DNA of 64,000 nucleotides from Gammaproteobacteria bacterium (GTDB lineage Bacteria; Pseudomonadota; Gammaproteobacteria; UBA4575): assembly GCA_014075255.1 (NCBI GenBank), contig CP046178.1, positions 705,616-769,615 on the forward strand, written 5' to 3'. The translations under genes were made by a program, and so were the position numbers. The notes under the pieces are model-generated. The model did no database searches, was not told where the DNA came from, and saw nothing but the letters and a program-made list of their open reading frames with translations. Shown one piece after another: positions 18,589 to 27,556 of this stretch (position 1 is the stretch's first letter; the number at the start of each line of letters is the position of its first letter).

Positions 18589-19398
18589 TTGCTTGTGACT
18601 GAAATTCAATCAAGCACATTTGAGAATGAGCCTCCAACAACGAAAGATCTCAAAAAGTATTTTGTTGATAAAAATTTAAACAATACGACGAGAGAATCGA
18701 TTGATTGTGCAGCGCACATGATTCTAGTTATAGAGAGCCCCAGAGACACTGTTCATGTGGGACTTGCGCATATGGTAAATAGACTCAAAGTTTGTCGTGC
18801 AGATGCAGGGTTTGCTACTCCTGAAACTGAGATATACACACCTATTTCTGAGTTCTGCAGCGAAGATACTATTCCTCCATCAATCGTTGGATGCGTATTA
18901 CCAAATCAGCATGAAACAATGCAGAGAGTTTGGAATAGCTCATCGCCTGTTAAATATGAGGATGTTGAAAATAATCCACAGTTAGCACTTATCAAAAATA
19001 AACTTCTAGAATTGAAATGTAAGTCAATGTTAATGCAACGGTTAGTCTGGAACGATAAGTTAATAGGAATAGCTTGTGTGGATCACACCACCAGTAACCA
19101 TATATGGAACCAAACAGAAATAGATTTTATGGAAAGGTTTTGCACAAAGTTTTTAGCCCCTTTAGCAGGTATAAGTAACTACTGGCACAACCCAAAAATG
19201 CATCATATGTTTAAAAAACCATCTGATTCGGAATTAGTTGCAATTCAATTAGCCGCTAAAGGTATGAGCAGCAAACTGATCGCTATTGAATTAAATAAAT
19301 CTGTTAGAACAGTAGAAAATCAGTTACGCCATGCACGCAAGCGACTAAATGCACACAACCTCGCTGAGCTTATTAAGAAATGTGAACCATGGTTGTAA
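18589..19398 (+). CDS. LuxR-family transcriptional regulator (C-terminal GerE/LuxR HTH)
   Basis: C-terminal 'SELVAIQLAAKGMSSKLIAIELNKSVRTVENQLRHARKRL'. The ORF-track start is a TTG, so the true start is uncertain. Confidence 0.65.
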   Translation: MLVTEIQSSTFENEPPTTKDLKKYFVDKNLNNTTRESIDCAAHMILVIESPRDTVHVGLAHMVNRLKVCRADAGFATPETEIYTPISEFCSEDTIPPSIVGCVLPNQHETMQRVWNSSSPVKYEDVENNPQLALIKNKLLELKCKSMLMQRLVWNDKLIGIACVDHTTSNHIWNQTEIDFMERFCTKFLAPLAGISNYWHNPKMHHMFKKPSDSELVAIQLAAKGMSSKLIAIELNKSVRTVENQLRHARKRLNAHNLAELIKKCEPWL

Positions 19399-19531
19399 TT
19401 CTATAGTAAAAGTGCTCTTGCTTTAAATCAATTCAAAATATTCATTGGCTATTAACTTAACCATGTATATGGATATTTAAATAATCAATACTTTCATATT
19501 TAAATTTAACTTAAAAGTAAATTAACAAGCA

Positions 19532-20860
19532 ATGATAAAAATTAAATCACATTTATATTTTATAATAGTAATTATATTACTTGGTTCTTCATTAGTGTTC
19601 GCAAGTTCTAATAATCAAGAAACAAATACTGAAAGATATAAAGGGTCTGGTGATCGTAAGCAAGGTTACGACAAAGACTCCTATGTAACTAATTCCCTAA
19701 GTCTCGAAAAGAGAACTGGTAAGGAAGCCAATCTATTGCAGTTTGCGCAAGAAGCGCCACTTGGGTTGCCAAATTTAAAGATACCTCTTGATAACCCTAT
19801 TGACGCAAATAAAATAAATTTAGGGCGACGTCTTTTTTTCGACAGACGATTATCGCTGAATGATACTTTTTCTTGCGCTATTTGCCACGTTCCTGAACAA
19901 GGATTCACAAGCAATGAGTTATCTACCGCAATTGGCGTTGAAGGTCGAAGCATCAAACGTAATAGCCCAACCATGTATAACGTTGCTTACTACTCTGTTT
20001 TTTTTCACGATGGCAGAGAAACAACGCTAGAACAACAAGCTTGGTCACCTTTATTAGCTCAAAATGAAATGGCAAATCCTTCAATTGGCTATGTCCTTAA
20101 AAAACTCAAAGCGATTAAAGATTATGAAGGCTTATTTGAGAATGCATTCGCTGGCAAAGGCCCTACGATGGAAACTGTAGGCATGGCCTTAGCAAGTTAT
20201 CAACGCACATTGAATTCTGGAGAGTCTAAATTTGATCAATGGTATTTTGGTAAAAAAGATGCTGCCTTAAGCGCAGATGAAAAAGCCGGCTTCGAGCTAT
20301 TTACAGGTAAAGGTAGTTGCTCTTCCTGCCATATCATTAATGATCAGTATGCATTGTTTACTGATAATCAATTTCATAACACAGGACATGGATACGCTGT
20401 ATCAATGGCTCCTAAACCAGAAAAAGTGAATGTTCAATTAGCACCTGGTGTATTTGTAGATGTTGATTATGAAATTATAAAATCCGTATCACAAAGAACT
20501 AAAGCAAATGATGTTGGCCTATATGAAGTAACACAAAATCCTAATGATCGCTGGAAATTTAGAACTGCAAGTTTGCGAAATATAGAATTAACCGCTCCAT
20601 ATATGCATGACGGAGCTTTCAAGTCTATTAGAGAAGTAGTCGAGTTTTATAACCATGGAGGTGTGTCTAACGAGTTATTAAGTCCATTGATCAAACCTTT
20701 AAACCTCACCGAGAAAGAAATAGATAATTTAGTAGCTTTCTTACATGCGCTCACAGGTAACAACATACAAACGATTGTTGCAGATGCATTTTCTGCTCCA
20801 ATCGGTGATTTAAAAACGGAAGACCCAAACTGGGCACATGAAGCAGAATTAACAAATTAA
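19532..20860 (+). CDS. Di-haem cytochrome c peroxidase (CcpA/MauG family)
   Basis: Two CxxCH motifs (CAICH, CSSCH), a signal peptide and the conserved 'PYMHDG' region. Confidence 0.85.
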   Translation: MIKIKSHLYFIIVIILLGSSLVFASSNNQETNTERYKGSGDRKQGYDKDSYVTNSLSLEKRTGKEANLLQFAQEAPLGLPNLKIPLDNPIDANKINLGRRLFFDRRLSLNDTFSCAICHVPEQGFTSNELSTAIGVEGRSIKRNSPTMYNVAYYSVFFHDGRETTLEQQAWSPLLAQNEMANPSIGYVLKKLKAIKDYEGLFENAFAGKGPTMETVGMALASYQRTLNSGESKFDQWYFGKKDAALSADEKAGFELFTGKGSCSSCHIINDQYALFTDNQFHNTGHGYAVSMAPKPEKVNVQLAPGVFVDVDYEIIKSVSQRTKANDVGLYEVTQNPNDRWKFRTASLRNIELTAPYMHDGAFKSIREVVEFYNHGGVSNELLSPLIKPLNLTEKEIDNLVAFLHALTGNNIQTIVADAFSAPIGDLKTEDPNWAHEAELTN

Positions 20861-21124
20861 TTAACATATCCGCTTTTGGTCGTTAGCATTTTTGCACTCC
20901 CATTAGGTTTGAAAGAACCGCCTACAGCCGAAAGTTAATGGGATATATGGGGATTCAAGTAAATCTAGTTATTTATATAATTCAATCATTTATGAAATAA
21001 AGGATAGTCGCAGCTTTAATTAATTTAGTAAATTTGTATGGACGACCTTAGTTTGTATAAAGCTGAGAATTTCATTGGTAGAATAAGCTCTCAATAGACA
21101 TTGTTTATTCATTGGAAGCAAGAT

Positions 21125-21391
21125 ATGGCTAGCGGGTGGTCTCGTGATGGAGCGGTTCAAGATCAGATAGATGCCAGTGTAGAGGATGCGATAAAGCTGG
21201 CACGTAGTCGATTACCTGATGGCGAGAGCTTACATAATTGTGAGGAATGCGAGAACGTAATTCCAGACGCACGCCGTAAAGCCATTCCTGGCGTTCGATT
21301 ATGTGTAGACTGTCAGTCTGAGCACGACAAAGAGCAGACTACATTCACTGGTGTCAATCGACGTGGCAGCAAAGACAGTCAACTGCGGTAA
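21125..21391 (+). CDS. TraR/DksA-family C4-type zinc-finger protein
   Basis: 'CEECENVIPDARRKAIPGVRLCVDCQ' C4 finger. The ATG at 21125 is preceded by a GGAAG RBS. Confidence 0.65.
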   Translation: MASGWSRDGAVQDQIDASVEDAIKLARSRLPDGESLHNCEECENVIPDARRKAIPGVRLCVDCQSEHDKEQTTFTGVNRRGSKDSQLR

Positions 21392-21452
21392 ACGAGTTAC
21401 CCTGCTCTTCTCTAATTAGTTCAATTGAGTTTTGCTGGGATAGAATAAGCAA

Positions 21453-21797
21453 TTAACAGCTCTTATAGCTCTTCTCCTTACACTCGGCGTATAATTTTTC
21501 CGCTGCTTCGATTTGAGTGGGAGTCATTTGCTTTACAAGTTCGCTTTTATATTCGCTTGCAGAATCGCCTAACCCTTGAATGTCGGCAGCATTAACCCAC
21601 ATATAGGCATATAACTTATCCTCTGGCACTCCTTCACCACTTGCATACATCTTACCTAGTTTGAATTGCGCTAAAGCCGCACCCTGCTCTGCAGACAATA
21701 GTGCTTTGTTTGCAGCTTTTTCTTCTTTTGTTTTACAACCCTGAATTACAAATACTAAAGCAAACAATGCTATACAAATAGGTAATGTAGATTTCAT
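21453..21797 (-). CDS. Sel1-repeat lipoprotein
   Basis: Lipobox 'VIQGC' and a Sel1-like 'AQFKLGKMYASGEGVPEDKLYAYMWVNAA'. Confidence 0.55.
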   Translation of the reverse strand: MKSTLPICIALFALVFVIQGCKTKEEKAANKALLSAEQGAALAQFKLGKMYASGEGVPEDKLYAYMWVNAADIQGLGDSASEYKSELVKQMTPTQIEAAEKLYAECKEKSYKSC

Positions 21798-22157
21798 GCA
21801 AGTAACTCCCGCGTAAAAAGTGTGATATTCATTTGCTGTAAGGATTACATCAAACCATCACTACTTAATTTAATACCATTAATCCAACGCACACATCTTT
21901 CGTTACTCATAACAAGAAACGAAGTATTTGCGCAAGTCTGTCTACCAAAATTCTGTCAACACTATCATAGAAACAACCTAGGCATTTTTGTGGAAGGATA
22001 TTTAACATTCTTAGAGATTTAAATACTAAATAGACTATATAATTGAATGAGATACGTTACCTATATTGAAATTGCCGCATCCTTTTACACTATCACATCA
22101 TAATTTAAGATAATGCCTTCTACTTCTAATACATTTATAAATTAGATAATTATTAGG

Positions 22158-22967
22158 ATGAATAATTCGCCAGAATCTATACAGAATGATGTGATACACA
22201 GTTGGCATATTCGCGCGCACGCTTACGTTCAACTCATCGAACGATGGCCTATTTTTACCCATATGGTCGCACGGCTTTTGGCTTTTATACCTAAAGAATT
22301 TGATGGGCATGCACTGGATATCGCTGGCGGGAGTGGTCTAGTTTCGGAACATTTGCTTAGAAGAAGCCCAAAGTCGCGTGTAACTCTAATAGAACCGGCG
22401 CAAGGAATGCGCGAACTAGCTTCACATCGTCTTGGCAAACAAGTTGAAATCAAGGACACCACTAGCGACAACATAGATAAACTTGAGCTTACTGCTGATG
22501 CTGCATTATGTAGTGCTTCATTTCATTTAATAAACGAAGAAACAACGCTGCCTTCAATAGCTTCAGCACTTAAGAAAGACTCTATATTTGCTGTTAATCT
22601 GTGGGGACATTCCTTCGATGAAACCATAAATTTGCAGAAAAATACTGATTGGACTCAATTTGTGGATCAAGCACTACATGAATTCTATCTGCCACCGATG
22701 AAACCGCCCAACAAAATATCGTCCAGAATAAAAAGCAAGGAGAGATTAGAAATAATTGGGAACAATTGTGGTCTTCAATTGAATGAAATGAACATCGTAA
22801 CCACGAATATCGATACTCGATTCAGTATCGAATTTGCCGCTATGGACTATAAATTTCTTAATCAGGTTGAGAAAGGAATACGAGAAAAAGTAATAGCTCG
22901 AGCGCTGGAGTTATGTCGCGGTATAGATACAATTTCTACTGTTGATTTTAAATTTGAGAAAATTTGA
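22158..22967 (+). CDS. Class I SAM-dependent methyltransferase
   Basis: Motif I 'ALDIAGGSGLVSEHL' and post-I 'VTLIEPAQGM'. Confidence 0.7.
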   Translation: MNNSPESIQNDVIHSWHIRAHAYVQLIERWPIFTHMVARLLAFIPKEFDGHALDIAGGSGLVSEHLLRRSPKSRVTLIEPAQGMRELASHRLGKQVEIKDTTSDNIDKLELTADAALCSASFHLINEETTLPSIASALKKDSIFAVNLWGHSFDETINLQKNTDWTQFVDQALHEFYLPPMKPPNKISSRIKSKERLEIIGNNCGLQLNEMNIVTTNIDTRFSIEFAAMDYKFLNQVEKGIREKVIARALELCRGIDTISTVDFKFEKI

Positions 22968-23050
22968 ATTTGCTCATAGAATTCTAAATTATTTTTTGTT
23001 CCTAGCTATTTGTAATGTTAGAGCTGGGACAAAATAAGCTTTCTTAAGTC

Positions 23051-23761
23051 TTACGCTAATTCAATCATTTTCAAATCTCTCTCTATATTTTCCCAACTCG
23101 GTATAAAACTATCTAATAGCCTTCGAAAATGCTTGTTATGATTACGTTCTATTAAGTGTGTCATTTCATGTACTACAACATACTCTAAACATGCTTCTGG
23201 TTGTTTCGCTAACTCAAGATTCAACCAAATTCTCTTCTTATTAATATTACATGTACCCCATCGGGTTTTCATTTTTTTTACACTCCACTCAGATACCTTT
23301 TTACCAATTATAGGTTGCCATTTTTCAATTAAAACTGGAATACGCATTTTTAATTCAGCTCGATACCATTCGTTCAATACTCTTTCTCTATTAACTAATT
23401 TTGTATTTGGGCGAATACACATTTTCAATGTGCCAGATGATTGCAGCTGCATTTGTGGTTTACCAGATTGTTCGACGACTTCTAATGTATATTGCTTTCC
23501 CATGAAATCATGAGTCTCACTGGTAACGTATTTTTTAACTTGCAGTATTGGCAGGCTTTTAATAGTTTGTATTCTTTTGTGTATCCAGCCCATTCTAGAT
23601 AGCACAGCTGCCTCTAAAGCTTCATCTGTAATATATTTTGGTGCCGAAATACGGACCTGACCATTGGCCGCACGAACCGAAAAATTGATATTTTTTATAT
23701 TTTTTCTTACGACCTGAATATTAATGCCAGAAACAATCAGATTTTCACCCGAAACAAGCAT
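23051..23761 (-). CDS. M48-family metallopeptidase (YgjP/DUF45-like)
   Basis: 'WGTCN..KRIWLNLELAKQPEACLEYVVVHEMTHLIERNHNKHF' is the DUF45/YgjP signature with HExxH. Confidence 0.75.
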   Translation of the reverse strand: MLVSGENLIVSGINIQVVRKNIKNINFSVRAANGQVRISAPKYITDEALEAAVLSRMGWIHKRIQTIKSLPILQVKKYVTSETHDFMGKQYTLEVVEQSGKPQMQLQSSGTLKMCIRPNTKLVNRERVLNEWYRAELKMRIPVLIEKWQPIIGKKVSEWSVKKMKTRWGTCNINKKRIWLNLELAKQPEACLEYVVVHEMTHLIERNHNKHFRRLLDSFIPSWENIERDLKMIELA

Positions 23762-23844
23762 CGTTAATACTTCTGAATTGAGATCAAGATGTTAAATAAC
23801 CAGCTTGTTGATTATGCTAAGAATCAATATTTAATTACAAGTAT

Positions 23845-24396
23845 TTACTTAATATTTTTTTCAGCCATTTCATCTTTTACTAAGCTGATATTTATACTAA
23901 TTTGCCCTTGAATAAACTCGCTAATAATTGAATCGTATTTTTCTGAAGATTTTTTTGCAGCTTGCTCTGGTACTTTTTGTGAAAACTCAATGGTTTTTTT
24001 GCCAAGAGGTGAGCTGTAAAATTTCACGAGTTCTATAACTTCATCATGTGTATATGTTTCTTTATATATAGGCATATAGATATCTTTTTCTACAGCAGCA
24101 TAAGGCATTTTTTCAGCAACAAAGTCTTGGTAACCTTTTACCATTTCACTAAATCTATTTTTTAGAATTTCCCCTACCTGTTTCTTCTGCTCTACTGTCA
24201 AGGATTCAGAGCTAATATCTCGATCTGCAGCTTGGAAAAAACCGCCTTGCATTTGATTTATGATCACATTATTCAGACTAGAATAATTATTTTTCACGCC
24301 TGTTAGCTCAAATAACGTTTTTAGATCATTATCATAGCTATCTGCCAAAGCGGGAAAGCTAGCAAAAAGTAATGTGGCAGCAAAAAATATTTTCAT
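23845..24396 (-). CDS. DUF2059 domain-containing periplasmic protein
   Basis: Signal peptide and 'VKFYSSPLGKK', typical of DUF2059. Confidence 0.55.
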   Translation of the reverse strand: MKIFFAATLLFASFPALADSYDNDLKTLFELTGVKNNYSSLNNVIINQMQGGFFQAADRDISSESLTVEQKKQVGEILKNRFSEMVKGYQDFVAEKMPYAAVEKDIYMPIYKETYTHDEVIELVKFYSSPLGKKTIEFSQKVPEQAAKKSSEKYDSIISEFIQGQISINISLVKDEMAEKNIK

Positions 24397-24521
24397 GATT
24401 AATTATTCCTGGTGGTAAACAAAATTATAACTAAGTGTTTAATTATCTTCATAGTAGTCGATTAAAATTCGCCTTACTGCATGGGTAGCCTCATCAACTT
24501 TTAGATTATATTGCTTGGCAA

Positions 24522-25859
24522 CTAATTTGCCAATTTCCTCAATGCTTCATCCCCATCGATGGCGCCTAATACTTGTGCTTGAAGCAAATGTTCTGATGAA
24601 CTAATTTCATTTTCATATTGCTTTGGTATGGATTTTGATGTGCTGCGAACCCATTCAGGAAGATATTCGTATTTTGTGGGGACTACAGCATCTTTAATTT
24701 TTTTTGCATGAAAAGTAAATACAGCCTCTGTACGCCCATGAGCACTTAAGGGTGAATGCATATACCGAATTGTGTTTCTCTTAGTTGAAACAATTTCAAA
24801 TCCATTTTTCTCAATCAACTCTATTACTTCTTCTTCACTGTAACACCAGGATTGCTGCTTATGGAAGAAAGCTAATGACCCAGTATTGATCCATGAACCC
24901 CCTTCTTTTAGGCATGAGTTTATACGGGGAATATAATCTCTCAAATTTTGCGGGATGATATCTAGTAACCATGGGGTCACTAAGGTGTCAAAACTTCTTT
25001 CTTTTACCGGCGGATTCATACCATCGCCAAACATAAAGAAAATATTCTTATTAATATCTTCCGGCGCTCGACAATTTTGTTCTTTAACAAATGAATCTTT
25101 ATTGAGTGGCGCAATTGGAAATTCATTTAAGCTAAATGGCTGGCCTTGAATTGCCTGGCAAGCTGCAAACATTAATAATGGATTGATATCTAATAAAACT
25201 GAACATGTTGGTATGTACTTTTGATGCAAATCGTAAGAAAGCCGCCCTGCCCCTGAACCTATTGTAAGTACTTTACCTAACTGCTGGTGTTCGGATAGAA
25301 CATTATTTACCGCATCAATCATTTGTTCGTTTTCACCATTATCCCACGCCCAATCACGAAAGATATTATCGTAATAACTAGTTAACCCTTGAACTTTAGG
25401 TGTTTTTGATTTCAATGCACTCAATGGATCATTTATTAACTCAGTATTTAGATGTTCGAATTTAAGCGGAGACAGTAAATCTAATATCTGTGATATCTGT
25501 TGTTTTTTAGCGTTGAGTAATTTATTAATTCGTTTTTGGCCCGACTTACTTAAGCGTTTATCTTTTTGAGCCTCTTTTAAACGCTGTTGCGCTTGTTGAT
25601 TAAGATGCAAAAAACCGTTTAAGCGCGCTTTCCACTCCAGAAGATTTATACTTGGTTGTTCAAACAACCATGGGATTGTCACTTCGCCGCACTTGAATAG
25701 AGGAAATTCGGTACTACATTGATCACATTGAATAACTTGGCCCACTAGCGAGATAGTGGCTTGTTGGTGATTGCATGCTGGGCAAGACATGCTTTCTAGA
25801 AGACACGTAGCTATTGATCCAGAAGCATCAGTTGTTTGCGAAACTTGGGGAGCGCTCAA
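24522..25859 (-). CDS. Putative SAM-dependent methyltransferase with N-terminal zinc-ribbon
   Basis: N-terminal CPAC..CDQC zinc ribbon. The central 'VLTIGSGAGRLSYDL' is a Rossmann motif I. Confidence 0.45.
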   Translation of the reverse strand: MSAPQVSQTTDASGSIATCLLESMSCPACNHQQATISLVGQVIQCDQCSTEFPLFKCGEVTIPWLFEQPSINLLEWKARLNGFLHLNQQAQQRLKEAQKDKRLSKSGQKRINKLLNAKKQQISQILDLLSPLKFEHLNTELINDPLSALKSKTPKVQGLTSYYDNIFRDWAWDNGENEQMIDAVNNVLSEHQQLGKVLTIGSGAGRLSYDLHQKYIPTCSVLLDINPLLMFAACQAIQGQPFSLNEFPIAPLNKDSFVKEQNCRAPEDINKNIFFMFGDGMNPPVKERSFDTLVTPWLLDIIPQNLRDYIPRINSCLKEGGSWINTGSLAFFHKQQSWCYSEEEVIELIEKNGFEIVSTKRNTIRYMHSPLSAHGRTEAVFTFHAKKIKDAVVPTKYEYLPEWVRSTSKSIPKQYENEISSSEHLLQAQVLGAIDGDEALRKLAN

Positions 25860-26007
25860 TTTATGCAGAGAAAATATGATTTACAGGACTTAGTATTGTG
25901 CTAATTCAACCTCAGTATGTCACGAATCTTATCGTCTAATAAACACCGAGCATAAAAAAACGGGATGATTATAAATCATCCCGTTTCTAGTTAGTTTATG
26001 CTACTGA

Positions 26008-27549
26008 TTATACAGTGATTTGGTTGAAAGCAATATGCTCCACACCAGGGTTAGCGCCTAAGGTAGGCGTACCTAATGCTGCTCCAAATGCACCTGCATC
26101 TCCATGTAGTGCCAAGTAGTTTAAGACCACTACTTCAGCAAGAGAAACTACACTGTTTGCATAAGGGCTAGAGTTAGTATCGATGGTACCACCTGCCGTA
26201 AATGCACCAAGCTGATTAGATGCTGCACCGTTGCGCATCAGATTAGCTGTAGCTACCAGTGGACTGTACACAAACATAGCACTTGATGCTCTTTGTGAAT
26301 TGTCTGAACGCCAGCGGAATTTAGTTACATTACCGCCATTTGCACCTGCATTTTCAGGATTGTTCGTATCTGCAACTACAGCGCCATCACTGAAAAGATA
26401 GATCATCAAAGGTTGGTTTTGTAATCTTGCATACTCTAATGATGCACCAATGATTTGACCAATCTTAAAGTCTTTGTCATCCGTATCAGGACGTGGATTC
26501 TGGTGATAATCTCGACCACCAAACTCCATGGTGCCTATACCGCCATAGCCATTCACAACCACTTTCATGGTTGCTGCAGCTTTGCGGAAGTCACCATCAT
26601 TACTAATCTCACCATTAGGAAAGATGCTTAGTAAATCAGCATCCGCTTCAGGATCTAAATCCGTTGGCAAGATAGGTGATTGGAAGGTTGCAAGACTTTG
26701 ATCGTAGCCACATTGTATTAACTCTTCAGTAGCCGCTGCTTCAGTAATTAAACCAAGTTTAAGCTGCGTAAGAATTTGAGTTGCTACGGCAACACTATCG
26801 CTTGGGAAACCATCTGCTTCACCACCACTTAGACCAACTGCTTCGTTACGGTTGCTAACACGTGTCGGACCAAACTCTGCAGAAACCATGTAATCAGGTG
26901 CTCTTGAGCGACCGCCTGACTCTGAGTTTCGCGTACCTGTTGATACAACAAATTCACCTCGAGCCCCTGTACGAGCAATTCCGTACATAGGGTTATGAGG
27001 ATTGTTGCCTGTATCGTTTTCAGATCTGGCTGCGATAATGGATCCGTTCACATTACCTCTTGTGCCCGCACTGGTTTTATCCAGCATGCCTCTTAACATC
27101 GCACTATTTGGGTGCATCGCCAAACCAAAATCAGTGTTTACACCGACTGCATTTGGACTAATTGCTGCAGGCAGCCCTAATGATTCGTATGCATCATCTG
27201 GTAAGAAGGCAGTTTGACCACCTGCGCCGCCGACCATGATGTTAGAACCTGCAATGTTTGCACCGCCGCCCATATCAATCGCTAGGAAAGGAATTTTTCC
27301 TGCACCTAGCAATCCGTCGTCTGCACTAATTTCGCATGCATGTGCTCTGTTAACCATTGCACCTAAACTTGGTAGTAAAACTGTGCTAGTGCCTGCAATG
27401 AGCCCTCTTCCAAGAAACTCTCTGCGGGTGACAGGTCTACCATGACCGGTACTTCGGCACGATTCCTCGATGCGCTGCTCAAAGTGGCGATGAGCCTCTT
27501 CTGCGCGTCGACTTTGCTCTCTGTATTTCGTCATTGTCATATACCTCAC
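26008..27549 (-). CDS. Tat-signal secreted protein, unassigned family (possibly DUF1501-like sulfatase-fold)
   Basis: 'RPVTRREFLGRGLIAGTSTVLL' twin-arginine signal. Gly-rich 'FLAIDMGGGANIAG' and 'MEFGGRDYHQN' are reminiscent of DUF1501. It is the last gene of a three-gene operon, 7 nt after the previous gene. Confidence 0.4.
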   Translation of the reverse strand: MRYMTMTKYREQSRRAEEAHRHFEQRIEESCRSTGHGRPVTRREFLGRGLIAGTSTVLLPSLGAMVNRAHACEISADDGLLGAGKIPFLAIDMGGGANIAGSNIMVGGAGGQTAFLPDDAYESLGLPAAISPNAVGVNTDFGLAMHPNSAMLRGMLDKTSAGTRGNVNGSIIAARSENDTGNNPHNPMYGIARTGARGEFVVSTGTRNSESGGRSRAPDYMVSAEFGPTRVSNRNEAVGLSGGEADGFPSDSVAVATQILTQLKLGLITEAAATEELIQCGYDQSLATFQSPILPTDLDPEADADLLSIFPNGEISNDGDFRKAAATMKVVVNGYGGIGTMEFGGRDYHQNPRPDTDDKDFKIGQIIGASLEYARLQNQPLMIYLFSDGAVVADTNNPENAGANGGNVTKFRWRSDNSQRASSAMFVYSPLVATANLMRNGAASNQLGAFTAGGTIDTNSSPYANSVVSLAEVVVLNYLALHGDAGAFGAALGTPTLGANPGVEHIAFNQITV

Positions 27550-27556
27550 TAGCCTA

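Noticed and set aside
18392-18598. 68-aa ORF upstream of the LuxR gene
   Set aside because: It is AT-rich and low-complexity, overlaps the likely promoter region, and has no RBS or conservation cues.
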